DNA of 63,988 nt, filler included, from Pelomyxa schiedti (lineage: Eukaryota > Protista > Evosea): NCBI GenBank assembly GCA_020536535.1. It is 6 parts of 6 records of this genome, joined end to end, with 100 filler letters (N's around TTAATTAATTAA, not from the genome) between each part and the next. Parts side by side here need not be neighbours in the genome. Positions count along the whole stretch, not along the records: positions 48,259 to 53,388 come from JAHLWZ010000055.1; positions 53,489 to 61,544 come from JAHLWZ010000759.1; positions 61,645 to 62,698 come from JAHLWZ010002923.1; 3 more parts are not named here. The stretch is one strand, 5' to 3'. Below are positions 50,663-62,798 of this stretch, piece by piece. The position numbers and the translations under genes are program-made. The notes beneath the pieces were generated by a model. The model saw nothing but the letters and a program-made list of their open reading frames with translations, was not told the DNA's origin and ran no database searches. Each line of letters begins with the position of its first letter. Position 1 is the stretch's first letter.

Positions 50663-51170
50663 ATGGACCCAAGCGGTGGCGCAACGGTTCGTAGTTGTAT
50701 GTTATGTTTTTTTTTACAACAACCAAATTAGAAAACACCGTATTGTTCCGAGGAACAAAAAGTATTAATTCTTTCAGCATAATTTGTGTGCTCAAATGGA
50801 AAGGAAAATATTGGCTGTTCTTGGGACACCAACGAGAGGCGTTGATAATGACAGCACCAACACAGCAGAGTACATCAGGCGAATAGTGAGTGCATCACGA
50901 ATTGTGTGGGACAATGTTGTTGCCGGTGGGTGGTTGTGTCCCCTTTCCTCAATGTACTGCCCCGAGGCTTACTCGTTCAGTCCAGGTCAATCCCTCCTAT
51001 TTGTACTGTTCATTCATTAATTCTTTATCCAATCCAGGTTGGATGAAGAGGAGAGAAAAACTTATGGCTGAGTACCGCTTTTTGTTGTGTAAGTTGGCTC
51101 AGGCCATGTTTCCACTTGTACCGAGGGTTGTGCGTGTACTTCAGGAGCTATACGAATGCAAGTCCTACTG
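50663..51170 (+). CDS. 5' part of hypothetical protein (IVSASRIVWDNVV..AMFPLVPRV), truncated by gap
   Basis: Spliceable + strand exons; repeated at ~52861-53388. Confidence 0.5.
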
Positions 51171-51270
51171 NNNNNNNNNNNNNNNNNNNNNNNNNNNNNN
51201 NNNNNNNNNNNNNNNNNNNNNNNNNNNNNNNNNNNNNNNNNNNNNNNNNNNNNNNNNNNNNNNNNNNNNN

Positions 51271-52546
51271 AGCTTCGCCATTTGCTGATATGACAGCGGT
51301 GCAGTCAATTATCTGCCCGCATTCCTTGTTACTTTTTTTGTTCACTGCCTTGGCAGGAGGAGTTTCGATCAAGCAGGTTGATGGCACCTGCTGATGCTGA
51401 GTCCCTTGCTCGTGCTTGCATGGAGGCAGGTGTTTATCAGCCCAACCCGGCTCCGCTTTCTGTTCAGATTGATGACTCTTTTGACTGGCGAGACACTCCT
51501 GGCGTGGTGCAGTCCGTGAAAGATCAAGTATGATTCTTCTTCAACTCCTAGGTTTATTTCTGATCAGATCTTTTTTTTTTATTTCCTCAGGCAAGTTGTG
51601 GGAGCTGCTGGGCGTTCAGCACAGGTAATATCAGTATTCCATGAAGATTTGGCTCTTATTTTTTCCGATAAATATTAGTTGAGGCCATGGAAGGTGCGTA
51701 TGGAATTGCAGGCAAAAGTGTTGAACTCAGTGCCCAGTTTGTAACAGACTGCAGCAGAGGTTAAAATGCAGAGGAGTTGTTGTCAATTAAAGTCTTTTTT
51801 TAGGGTGCTCCTCTGAGATTTATGAAGGAGCGAATACCACTGTCTGCAACAAAGGTATCCCGGCCCCGTTCTTTTCAAAATTTTCAATATGTGGCCGCCA
51901 GAGTGCAGTGGTGGGTGGCCATGGACCGCCTTGAATGACATTGCCACGCAAGCAATCGGCGGCGTACCTCTCTGGAGTGAGTACCCATATACAGGAGCCT
52001 ATGAGCAGTGCCGCGATGGGAACTACTCTTATTCCTTCCGGGCGAACATAACTTCATACACCTGCCCCAATCTTGACAAGGTTACTTTCACTTCCTTCAT
52101 TTTCTTCTGAGAATGACCTCGGCATCCAGGGCACCAAAGATGAAGATGTAATGGCAGACAGTCTCAAGCAATACGGGCCGCTATCCATCGCAGTGAATGC
52201 GGAGCATTTCCAGTTGTACATCAGGGTTCGCAATCTATTTCTATTCTTGTCCTTGAGAAAAATTTACAATCCCCGCAGGGCATTATGGACCCTGTATTCT
52301 GTGATACGACCTACCTTGACCACGCGGTTCTTCTCGTTGGGTGGGGGATAGACAAGGACCCACTGTTCTTGAGCGATGATCCTTACTGGATTGTCAAAAA
52401 CAGCTGGTATGCTTTCCAGGCACAAAACTACCACAACAAACAAATCACACAGGGGATCAACATGGGGTGAGGACGGCTATCTCCGCATGGCACGCGGCAA
52501 TGGGTGTTGTGGAATCAATCAGGCTGTCACGGCAGCCATTTTATGA
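51271..52546 (+). CDS. Papain-family cysteine protease, second copy or allele (5' end lost in gap)
   Basis: Near-identical to 49053-50330. Confidence 0.88.
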
Positions 52547-52693
52547 TGATAGAAAAAGCGGCATCACCCATAAGTACTGCGATGTCGGTTTTCGAGATCA
52601 AAAAAGGGAAACAGTCCTCGATTATCTCTGGAGTGCTACTTAAAATAAGTTCAAATATTTGAATTTATTAACACTGAGCTCTGGTGATACTTC

Positions 52694-52768
52694 GCATGTG
52701 GCGCCGAAGACCTGGGTTCGATTCCCAGCTGTCGACAATGTTGGCAGTAGTTTAGAGGTAGAACTTCG
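52694..52768 (+). tRNA. Putative circularly permuted tRNA-His(GUG), second copy: 3' half 52694-52736, 5' half 52740-52768
   Basis: tRNA body identical to 50496-50570; leader 52674-52690 pairs with trailer 52771-52786. Confidence 0.78.
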
Positions 52769-52860
52769 CTGTTTCACCAAGCGCAGCCACTCCCTTTGTT
52801 TTTTTATTTTGGCCATCTCGAAAAAAAACCGGTAATCAATTTGACCAAGAAGAAAGAAAT

Positions 52861-53388
52861 ATGATGGACCCAAGCGGTGGCGCAACGGTTCGTAGTTGTA
52901 TGTTACGGTTTTTTTTTTACAAAGACCAAGTTAGAAAACACATTATTGTTCCGAGGAATACAAAAAGTATTAAAATATTTCTTTCAGCATAATTTGTGTG
53001 CTCAAATGGAAAAGGAAAATATTGGATGTTCTTGTGTGACACCAACGAGAGGCGTTGATAATGACAGCACAAACACAGCAGAGTACATCAGGCGAATAGT
53101 GAGTGCGTCACGAATCGTGTGGGACAATGTTGTTGCCGGTGGGTGGTTGTGTCCCCTTTCCTCTTCAATGTACTGCCCCGAGGCTTACTCGTTCAGTCCA
53201 GGTCAATCACTCCCCTATTTGTACTGTTCGTTCATTAATTCTTTATCCAATTCAGGTTGGATTAAGGGGAGAGAAAAACTTATGGCTGAGTACCGCTTTT
53301 TGTTGTGTAAGTTGGCTCAGGCCATGTTTCCACTTGTACCGAGGGTTGTGCGTGTACTTCAGGAGCTATACGAATGCAAGTCCTACTG
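52861..53388 (+). CDS. 5' part of hypothetical protein, duplicate of 50663-51170
   Basis: Same exons as the first copy. Confidence 0.45.
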
Positions 53389-53508
53389 NNNNNNNNNNNN
53401 NNNNNNNNNNNNNNNNNNNNNNNNNNNNNNNNTTAATTAATTAANNNNNNNNNNNNNNNNNNNNNNNNNNNNNNNNNNNNNNNNNNNNGTGTCGTCGACA
53501 TCGGCATT

Positions 53509-56500
53509 TTAAAAGATGAGACCAGAGACATCGTGAGGGTGTTGGCCAGGTGCTGCCGTGCCGCAGTCGCAGTTATGGGATAACCCATTTGTGCTGTCAT
53601 TTTCAGTGGAGAATGGTGTTATGTTGTTCCTCGCTTGCTTTTGTTTACTTTTGTTTATTTTATTTGTTGTATTCTTCGTGATCGCTTTTAAGAATATGGA
53701 CAACTTGGTCGGGTAGCGTGTCAACAAGAATGAAAATTTAACGGAGCAAATTGGGGAATTCGCGGTGTGTTCCTTGGAAATTTGTGGGAATTTGCTGGCT
53801 CGAGTCTCATGATTATTTATTTCTTTGGGAAGGAGTCACAATTTGGTTATTGGCGTCACCAGGGTCGGGTAAGTAAGGTGGCATCAAAGAATTTGACTAT
53901 GGAGATTTCAACCAAGCTTTTCAGTGTTGTGGCTTTGAGGGCTGTGGAAAAGTCCTCATGCTCCTTCTGAACGACATACCAACCAACATGGTTAACAGTG
54001 CCGATCGACCTGTATTTAGCTTCGCCTGTGGTAGGGTGTGAACCTTGAGAACTATAAGAACCACCTATACCTGTAAAATCAAGCCAGATGCCGGTATCAC
54101 CAGGCCACCGTCTCATTATTCTTAAATGTAGCACACCCTGGTTATAAGTCAGTGCCATAAACGCAGAGGCAAAGAATTNNNNNNNNNNNNNNNNNNNNNN
54201 NNNNNNNNNNNNNNNNNNNNNNNNNNNNNNNNNNNNNNNNNNNNNNNNNNNNNNNNNNNNNNNNNNNNNNNNNNNNNNGAACCACCTATACCTGTAAAAT
54301 CAAGCCAGATGCCGGTATCACCAGGCCACCGTCTCATTATTCTTAAATGTAGCACACCCTGGTTATAAGTCAGTGCCATAAACGCAGAGGCAAAGAATTC
54401 ATCTGACCTGACCAGTAAAAAGTGAACCGGCACACATTCCGGGCGTTGTGTCACTGAATCTTACTAAAAATCCTTTTGCTATTCCACTTCTCACAAGATG
54501 GGTCTCACACCCAGGGCGTCCAAAAAATCCAAAGTTTTGTCTACTATTGTGAGAAGGGAAATGGTAGAAAGAGTAAGTTTACGGAATGGCCAAATCATCT
54601 ATTGTTTGTTGCTCAGGTTGGAAGCTCGCTGTAGAGGAAAGAAAAGAGCAAATTTGGAGCCACCGGGCTTGTGAAAGGCATTCTCCATGATCAGATACTA
54701 TGCTTTTTTAGCATGCTTAAAAAAGCAAGGTTGAGGTAAACCCTTTAGCTGTGTCCAGGATGTCAAATCAACTGCAAAGAGGTGTTTCATGCATTGAATC
54801 ACCTTCACCCAAGGCACGTATCTTGAACCCTGGGCCATCAGTATCCAAACACTGTCTGGGGTATGATCTGCCTGTGGAAGTGACACTGGGGTATGATCTG
54901 CCTGTGGAAGTGGCACTGGGGTATGATCTGGGCTATAAGTCGGTGCAGTTTTTACAGTTGCTTTTGGCAACACTGACAGAGTGGTTTTTGTGTTAGTGAT
55001 AACATTTACAATCTTGCACCATACAGTATGAAACACCAGTATTAAAAAAGCGTCGTTCTTGGGGATTCCACTCAAATAACAATAGTTCATACACTGTCTC
55101 TGTCCCTTTTACCATTGTAGAGTTCAGAATGAGTCTCATATGTACAGGTGGAGCACCTGGATTTAATGGCACCATTACTAGTTGATTCACTTTGTACTCT
55201 GCACATACTGAATTGAGTGCGTCTCACTGCAATTAGGTAATCATCACCCCAAAGTTCAATTGAACCTAGTATCATGTCACCCACAAGCTTGTTTCTAGGA
55301 ATCTTGGAAATGTCAAAGTCCCATGGAGGGTGTTTTGGGGCAAAAAAGTGTTCTTCCGGGATTCCAGGTTCATGACACCAAACACGCTCAAAAAGTGGTG
55401 CCACAGACAGTGCCACATTGTTATAGTCCTCTTCGCTCGCTCGCAATTCCACCTCAGGGTTCGCAACAGCCGATCCAAGTGGCGTCGACAGCGCACTACT
55501 CGAACTGGCCAACAGCGGTGTCTGTTTATTGACCACATTCTGTGGAATCCCCTGCCTCGGCTGATGCGCATTGCCAAAACCATTACCAGTTCCACCAGGG
55601 CCCGGTCCCATATTTGGCGACTCCACCTGCCCCGAGTCCCCAGTCCACTGCCCAGGCACCAGCAAATTGTTGTTGTTGTTGTTCCTTCCTCCTGATACCC
55701 TCGCATTGCCGTTCATTGGCAGTTGCACTGGCACCGGCACCGGCATCAGCACCGGCATTGGAACCGGCATCATTGGAATTTGCTCGCGCGGCGTCGGAGG
55801 AGTCGCCATGGCGTTGTGCTGCTTCTGTGGTTGTGGTACACCAAACGACNNNNNNNNNNNNNNNNNNNNNNNNNNNNNNNNNNNNNNNNNNNNNNNNNNN
55901 NNNNNNNNNNNNNNNNNNNNNNNNNNNNNNNNNNNNNNNNNNNNNNNNNTGGCACCGGCACCGGCATCAGCACCGGCATTGGAACCGGCATCATTGGAAT
56001 TTGCTCGCGCGGCGTCGGAGGAGTCGCCATGGCGTTGTGCTGCTTCTGTGGTTGTGGTACACCAAACGACGGGGGTCGTCTCAGAGGCTGTGGTGGCGGC
56101 GGCAATGGGTTGTTGTTGTTGTTGTTGTTGTGGCTGTCGATGCCATTCGAACTGTTGCGCACACCAGTGGTTGTGCTTGGTGGTGGCGTCGAACAACCAC
56201 TTTCTGTAGTAGACACCTCGTGTCGTTGTTGTTGTTGTGATGACGACGGTGATGACGATGGTAAGGACACGGAGGGGGACATCCTGAGCCAGCCGTATTC
56301 GGAAGGCGGCTGTGGCGCACCATTTTCCAACGACGGGGCCGCCGACACGCCACCACCACCCCCAGTCGTTCCTGTTTTGTTGGGGTTCGCCTGTTGCATC
56401 GCGGTTATGGGTTATGTATGTAGCAGTTGCTGGTCGTGCACGATGTTGTGTTGTGTTCTATTTTCCAAGTTGTTCAGCGAAACTTCACTGACACGTAATT

Positions 56501-57064
56501 TGGCGCTACTACAACCAAGTAATTGGATTAGTTGTGGCTCCGATTGTGGCAGTTACTGTTGTGCGTGTGTGAGTTGGCTATGTGCGTAGGGACGTTGAGT
56601 GTGATATAACGCCGATGGCCAGGGACTGCTGCATCTTGCCCACGGTAATGCGCGAGTGTATCGATGTGATGGCTTGTGTGGCGTCCTTGCCCAAGAACTT
56701 CAATGGCACTTGTTTGTTGTGAGTGTGTATACCGTTGTGCCGTTGACTAAAATCATTATGTATTTATTATATATAAACGGCTGTTATTAAGTCGATGTAA
56801 TCATTCAACGCCATTTTCCGTACCTACTCTTCCCCCGCGATGAGACTTCATGCATGAGGTAATGTCATACACCACGTTGTTGACCACTACCCACGCGTCG
56901 TCGATGGTGGAGTGCTGCGCCACCTGCTCCCACGTCATCGGCGCAAGGAACTTGTTGCTGCTGCTGCTAGTCGTAGTCCCGGTGCTCACTGATGGCGACG
57001 GCGTTGCCGACGACGTATTCGTCAGCACCACCGGTGGGGCACCATTAGGTGCGCTGCTAGCCAT
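53509..57064 (-). CDS. Cytochrome b5-like heme/steroid-binding domain protein with low-complexity middle and unidentified C-terminal region (two internal gaps; 3' end uncertain)
   Basis: MTWEQVAQHSTIDDAWVVVNNVVYDITSCMKSHRGG, next exon LGKDATQAITSIHS; continuous - strand ORFs downstream. Confidence 0.65.
54855..54931. repeat. 30-bp coding tandem repeat (~2.5 copies), encodes DHTPV(P/S)LPQA on the - strand
   Basis: ctggggtatgatctgcctgtggaagtg(a/g)ca repeated. Confidence 0.8.
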
Positions 57065-57212
57065 CAATTATGGTAAATTGATGAGAAGGACAAGGAACAG
57101 GAAATCATAAACGTGAAATTCATTATTATCATTACACTGATACAAGTGGGTAAGGGAGACCAAAAGAAGTGTTGGGCAATGATATAGTCTCTAGATTGGG
57201 AAGAGCCTGGGA

Positions 57213-60056
57213 TCATGGCAGCCACATCCTGTGTGAATTGAATGGAGGCAGATATGAACTTGGAGTTGTACGCACCATTCATCGAATTTCGTGCCGGCAT
57301 AGTACATGTGGAAAGCAAGGCTTGTGCGGAAAAAGGTTTTGAGTGGAAGTAATTCATAGCGGAAGTTCAGCAGTTCTTTTAGGATGAACCGCTCCCACAG
57401 GGAGTCACTGGATACCATTTGACTGAAATGGTGGCATACCTTGAATTGAGTTGAGAGGGTTCGGTGAAGAGTGCGGGGAAATTACCGCACTGAGAAGGAA
57501 AAGAGTTCTCGGATCACAAAGGGAGAATACATGCATCCACAACTCCTGTGGAAGAAATTCAAATACGTTGAAGTACATATGCAAAATCCATGCGTCGCCA
57601 TGGGTTTTTTCTGTTGTTCTTGAGATTAGGTAAGTCTATTTGGGGAATACCTGTGGTTCCGGTTGACAAGGCACGGCCACCAGACAGAATGAGTGCCCCA
57701 GAATCGGTGGAGATCATTGTGGCAAACTCGCGCGCTGGTGGTGAGTTCGCCACAGAAATGCGCCTCCACTCATACGACTTAAGGTCCAACCTGGCATGTT
57801 GTGTAATTTGGAAAGGGTCAGTAAAAAGGGAAAAATAACCTGAAAAGGGCCATGGTTGTTGGAGAAGCGAGATCAGAGCAGCACACAAACATTCCATCAT
57901 TTATTAGTGCTGCAGAGTGTCCTCGCGTTGGCGGTGGAATAGCTCCTCTGGTTGCAGGTTTTGTCCAATCATAGGATGAACAATCTCAAGGCAATTAAGG
58001 GTTGGTGAATTAGCGATTGATTGCAACTATCTTACCAAAAACCCACAAATCATTAAGCCTCTCGCTGTTATCACCAATGCCGCCTTGAATAAGTAAACTG
58101 GAGTTTACTGTTTGGCCGAACCAATACCAAAAATAATCATCCGGCCTTGGTGACACACAGCACTGTGATGGAATCTTGCGGGTTTCCCTGGGACAATGCC
58201 CTAATAATCGTATAAGACATTCACTGTGTTACAGAGAATTAAAGACTTCACTATTGGTTTCCAATGGTTGGTGGAAATGTCATAGCACCCAAGATCATCA
58301 GACACTGATCCGGAATTATCATATCTTTTTTGAAATTTAGCTCTATCTATGAAAACGGCAGAGATCACACCCGCCGAAGACAAACAATAATTTCCCAAAA
58401 AGGATCATTGATGCTCCATAACGGGGCGTAGGGCTCCCTTCCGACGGTAATAGAGCGATCTCCCCTGTCTTCATGTTGAAGCAGTACAAGGAGTTGCTGA
58501 AATTATTGCTTCTTCCTCCAAAGATGAACAGAAAGTTGCCTGTGAACCTGTATCCACATGAGTTTGGGGCATCAATATAAGTCTTCCTACATACACAGAA
58601 GCAGAGAAGGCCATCTCTTGAATTGTCTTGCCTGATAAAGTCGTAGAAAGCTCAGACGCAGTGACAACAAGAGGAAGAGGTTGCAGCCACCTTCGTTCAG
58701 AAATGTCATATCGCAGTATTTCGGGCTCTATAGGTTCAAGAACACCACCGACTGTGTAAACAATCGTTCCAAAATGGGCTTGGATGTGTCCGTACCTTCC
58801 AATAAAAAATGAGCAGAAAAAACAAAAAGCAAGAGCTATTGAACAACCTTGCCACCCCATTACTTGTAGAAAAAAGTGGTGTCCATTGCAGATTTAGCAG
58901 TGCCCTTTCCTGTGAGGGAGAAAAACGGTCCCCTACAAAATTCAAAAGCCTTCCCTGTAGTGAGGTTAGAATTTCTTGGAAGCAGATACGAAAAACCAAT
59001 GAAAAGAATGAAGATGCTTTGCTCTTTTCAGGACCCGGCATTGCCGGTGATGCAACTCTTATGATATTAGCCAAGAGATCTGGCACATGCTCCCCAGAAA
59101 GGGAGCTTATTTCAATATAGCCTGCTGCACATACTTTCTTGGCTAGCTACATAAAAAATATTAACCATAAACGCAAGGAATTTTCCTTACCTCTCTCCCC
59201 ACTTGAAATGTGATAGTCGAAACCCCATTCAGGAGGAGCCGTTTTATTGTCTGCTTGTCAGATCTCAAATCACGGTGTGTGCCCACAATTATGAATGGAA
59301 TGCCAGGGCAATAATGTGCAATCTAAGGCAAGATTTTTCTTATCATACGAAATAGGGGTTTGAGGAAAGACCTCAGGACAATACTTGGAATTGATTCAAA
59401 ATAAGGCAGTTAGGATTCTTATTAGGAGCGCTTAAGTTCTATATACCTCAGTCCTCACTTTTGCCCAAGACTCTGGGTTCACGACTGAAAAACAAATCTG
59501 ATTACGAGTAAAACTCAATGAAAAAGGCAAGACATTATTTACCAAGAAAGCGGCGGCGCCCTTAAAATAAACATTTCGCCATCCAGGATTCATTGATCCT
59601 GCGTTGGTGAAGTTTGAATAGTTGATGCTATAGTTATCATCAAGCAAAGCTCTTAAAAGAATAAGGTACCAGGTACATCATGGACCGTAAGACTGTATAT
59701 CTTGGAAGCGTAGTTCACAGACACGCTGAGAGAAGGAATGAGCAACTTAGCCACACTAGTACCTGTCATAGAGTCGAGGATACATACGGGTCCGAATCGA
59801 ACATCTGTCAAAGCCCGATTTAGTGACACTTTTTTGCACACTTGTTAGGAACTGCCAACCCTTTGCGTGTAATGCCCCGTCACCAACTTGTTGCTGAGAG
59901 CGGCAAAAAGCAGTGATGTCTAAAACGGACCCGGGTGAGGCCCACTCATTTCATTTCAATGGGGAAAGGGGAAGGAAGACGACGACGACAACAACAAAAA
60001 AAACAAACCTTGCCTACTTCACTGTCACCAATCGCAACGACAGTAATCGCCTGCAT
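57213..60056 (-). CDS. Divergent Rho-like GTPase-Kelch-F-box protein, copy 4
   Basis: MQAITVVAIGDSEVGK; PFIIVGTHRDLR; RYGHIQ, RYGAS, RFHHSA, AREFAT Kelch motifs; F-box LPQELWMHVFSLCDPRTLFLLSAVC; C-terminus ..DEW|MWLP* parallels copies 1-2. Confidence 0.82.
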
Positions 60057-60253
60057 GGTGGTTCTGCTGCGATGCGATCAGTTTCAGAGAACGAGAAGGG
60101 CGGCGAACTTATTTGCCTCTTGAGGAGTCGCTCAAGTGCAATTCATTTCCACTGGCCCAGATGAGATTAACGCTTCGTTTGGCATCACTTGCCTGCGCCC
60201 GTGATGACAGAACCGGCAGGAGATCAGAAAGATCACATAAACAAAAAAAGAAA

Positions 60254-61544
60254 ATGTCATCTAGCAGTAGTGGAGGGGTAGATGCGAAGACCAAGGCACT
60301 GGACATAATCTCTATCGTGATGGCGTCATTGTCTGCCTTGTCTTGTTTCATTGTGATTGCCTTGGGTCTAGCGAGTACGTTCAAACCCCCTTTTTTCCCT
60401 TTGCTCCTCTTCTTCCTTTTTTTTTCTTCCTTTTTCCGGCACTCACTCACGTGTGTACATGAAGTACCTAGATTGAGGGGATTCAAGTCAAGACTTGTTA
60501 TTTATTTGAGTGTAATGGACGCTGGCTCTGCTGTGGCCAAGTTGGTTGGCATAGCCTCACATGGGTACTTTTCCCCGCTGTTTTGTTTGGCATTCAAACT
60601 GGTGAAAGGACAGGTACCAGACCCCTTTGTGTCAGGCCATGGGATATTTTGATGAAACTTTTTCCCTTATGTCTGTGACTTGGAGCTCTGTTATTGCTAT
60701 TACGCTGTTCCTCATGGTTTTTCTCCATCTTTTTGGTTTGCACTACCTGGCCCACTAGCCGCTTCTTTTCTATATTCTTAATACATGGGCGATGATGATC
60801 CAATTCATTGGTTTAATTTGAATGCCACATTCTTGGCATCATGAGAAAGAATATTCCTTATCTGAGCCCCTATTTATAACTGGAATTTGCAGACCTTTGA
60901 ACTGCAAACTAACTTTGATTTAGGTTGTTTGTGGATTTGTCCCCTATACACGCTGGTGGTTCAAAGATTGGTTAATGGTACTTGTTGTTGCACTTTGTGT
61001 GTTTGCGTTTGGAATCATCCCCTTTTTCACTCTAGGATATGGATCAGAAGGTATTGCAATTTTTATTCATACTAGTATAACAACGTTAATTCCAAGGGGC
61101 CTCCTGGTGCTGGATTCTTGGCTCAAATGCGTTCTTATTTTTTTATCCGATTTTGTGGGTTTCTTTTTTTGTCACCCTTGTAATGTATTGCTTGGTAAGT
61201 TTCTATCTGTTTTTTTCTTATTTCCAACAATCCCCTTTAGGTTTTCCGGCATCTGGCTTCCAAGTACAAGGCACGCCATAATAAGCGTGTTGCTGGAAGC
61301 TTTGATGCTGGGGGGTCACTTCTCACATCAGAGACAAAAGAAACCCTACTGATGCTGGCACCTTTTCCCATTGTGCTGTGTGCTGTGTGGACCTTCCCCA
61401 CTATCCATAGGATTTATGTAATCCTTCCTTTTTGTTTTCATTTTTCTGACAACTATTAGAGAGAGATCACTGGGGGTGATGATTTGTTCGGGCTACAATT
61501 GTTACATTCCTTTACCGATCCAGCATGCGGTTTCTGGAATTCCG
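60254..61544 (+). CDS. 7TM GPCR, cAMP-receptor/GCR1-like; truncated by gap
   Basis: Series of TM exons: SLSALSCFIVI, RLVIYLSVMD, CQAMG..SVTWSSVIA, YG..WCWI, LWTFPTIHRI. Confidence 0.75.
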
Positions 61545-61644
61545 NNNNNNNNNNNNNNNNNNNNNNNNNNNNNNNNNNNNNNNNNNNNTTAATTAATTAA
61601 NNNNNNNNNNNNNNNNNNNNNNNNNNNNNNNNNNNNNNNNNNNN

Positions 61645-62105
61645 TGAACCCTTACCTCCCAGTCAAACTGAACAGACTACTGAGAAAGTACCAGAACCAC
61701 AAGCTTCCCCCCAACACCCGGAACCCATCAACAAAGTGAGAATATTGGAGGCCATCACAGCCCTCAATCAAGTGAGTCTCCTCCACATAAACCACTTCTT
61801 CTCTCATCACATTTTGTAACAACAAGATACCTGTGTTTGATGGGAAAGATATTACTCCAGAAGACAATGAATGGCTCAAGTCCGCACTACAACCTCTGCT
61901 ACCAAAACTATCAGAGTACCTCAGTACTGGTAGCAGCAGCAGCTCTTTATTTCACAGACAGGTGCACCTTGAGAATACACAACATTTCCCAGGATCATGC
62001 TTCTGGTTGCCTGACCTTTTCGCGAACGAGCACTCATGCTGGTTGCAATGTGTCAATGACGGTGAATCCTGTTGCTGCTCCCCACCATCAAAAACCAACC
62101 CATGA
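61645..62105 (+). CDS. 3' fragment of an unidentified gene
   Basis: Two spliceable exons ending at stop 62103-62105. Confidence 0.35.
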
Positions 62106-62157
62106 ATCAAAAACTTCCTTCGTCTGTTAATGTGTTTTCCCATCACTCCACTCACTG

Positions 62158-62698
62158 ATGAAACGAGAGATACCAGCGTCGGCGTCTTCGACGATTGAGG
62201 CCGTCGTCGACGCGCGATCGCAGTTCGTTTCGTTTGCGTGTGCGTCGATCGACAGGTGCGGCCGACGCAGCCCGGCCCGCCTTTTCCTTGTTGAGAACCC
62301 CGCCGCGTTCGAGGAATTCGGCCGGCAGTGGGTCGTCGGCTGCGCCAGGAGGGTCGGGACCACCCTCTCGTTCCGGGCCACGCGCGCACCCGTGTGCGAC
62401 ATCTGGACACCCGAAGGCCGTTGCTACTACTTCAAGGCTGCCGCCAGGGTGGACGTGTTCATTGGGCTGAGTGCCACCCTGGGAGTCGTGTGGTGCAAGT
62501 GCTGGACAACGAGCGAGGCGCCACTGAGGATGGGTGACGGGTGGGCTGTGGAGAGGTCACTGGGTGGTGGTGGTGGCGGCGGTGATGGCGATGGAATGGG
62601 AAGGTACCTGGTGACAAATAAATCGTATCAGGGACTTGGATGTGTGCTTGATTGTGCCAAGCACACAGTGGAACTGCTGATGTACCCAAAAGCGGTTT
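62158..62698 (+). CDS. Lineage-specific family member, truncated by gap
   Basis: DARSQFVSFACASIDRCGRRSPAR..GRQWV..LSATLGVV. Confidence 0.75.
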
Positions 62699-62798
62699 NN
62701 NNNNNNNNNNNNNNNNNNNNNNNNNNNNNNNNNNNNNNNNNNTTAATTAATTAANNNNNNNNNNNNNNNNNNNNNNNNNNNNNNNNNNNNNNNNNNNN

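Larger units (their letters stand above)
51271..53388. repeat. Near-identical duplicate of 49053-51170 (allele or tandem copy)
   Basis: Both copies end at ..agtcctactg beside gaps; SNPs and indels fall mainly in introns and intergenic DNA. Confidence 0.88.

Noticed and set aside
50671-50695. A-box-like TGGCGCAACGG downstream of the permuted tRNA
   Set aside because: No D-stem closure or T arm; it lies in the probable first exon (MDPSGGATVRS) of the next gene.
49053-53388. True tandem duplication of the protease/tRNA block
   Set aside because: Both copies end at the same base beside gaps, typical of haplotype bubbles; the two tRNA copies may be alleles, so they are not counted as independent evidence.
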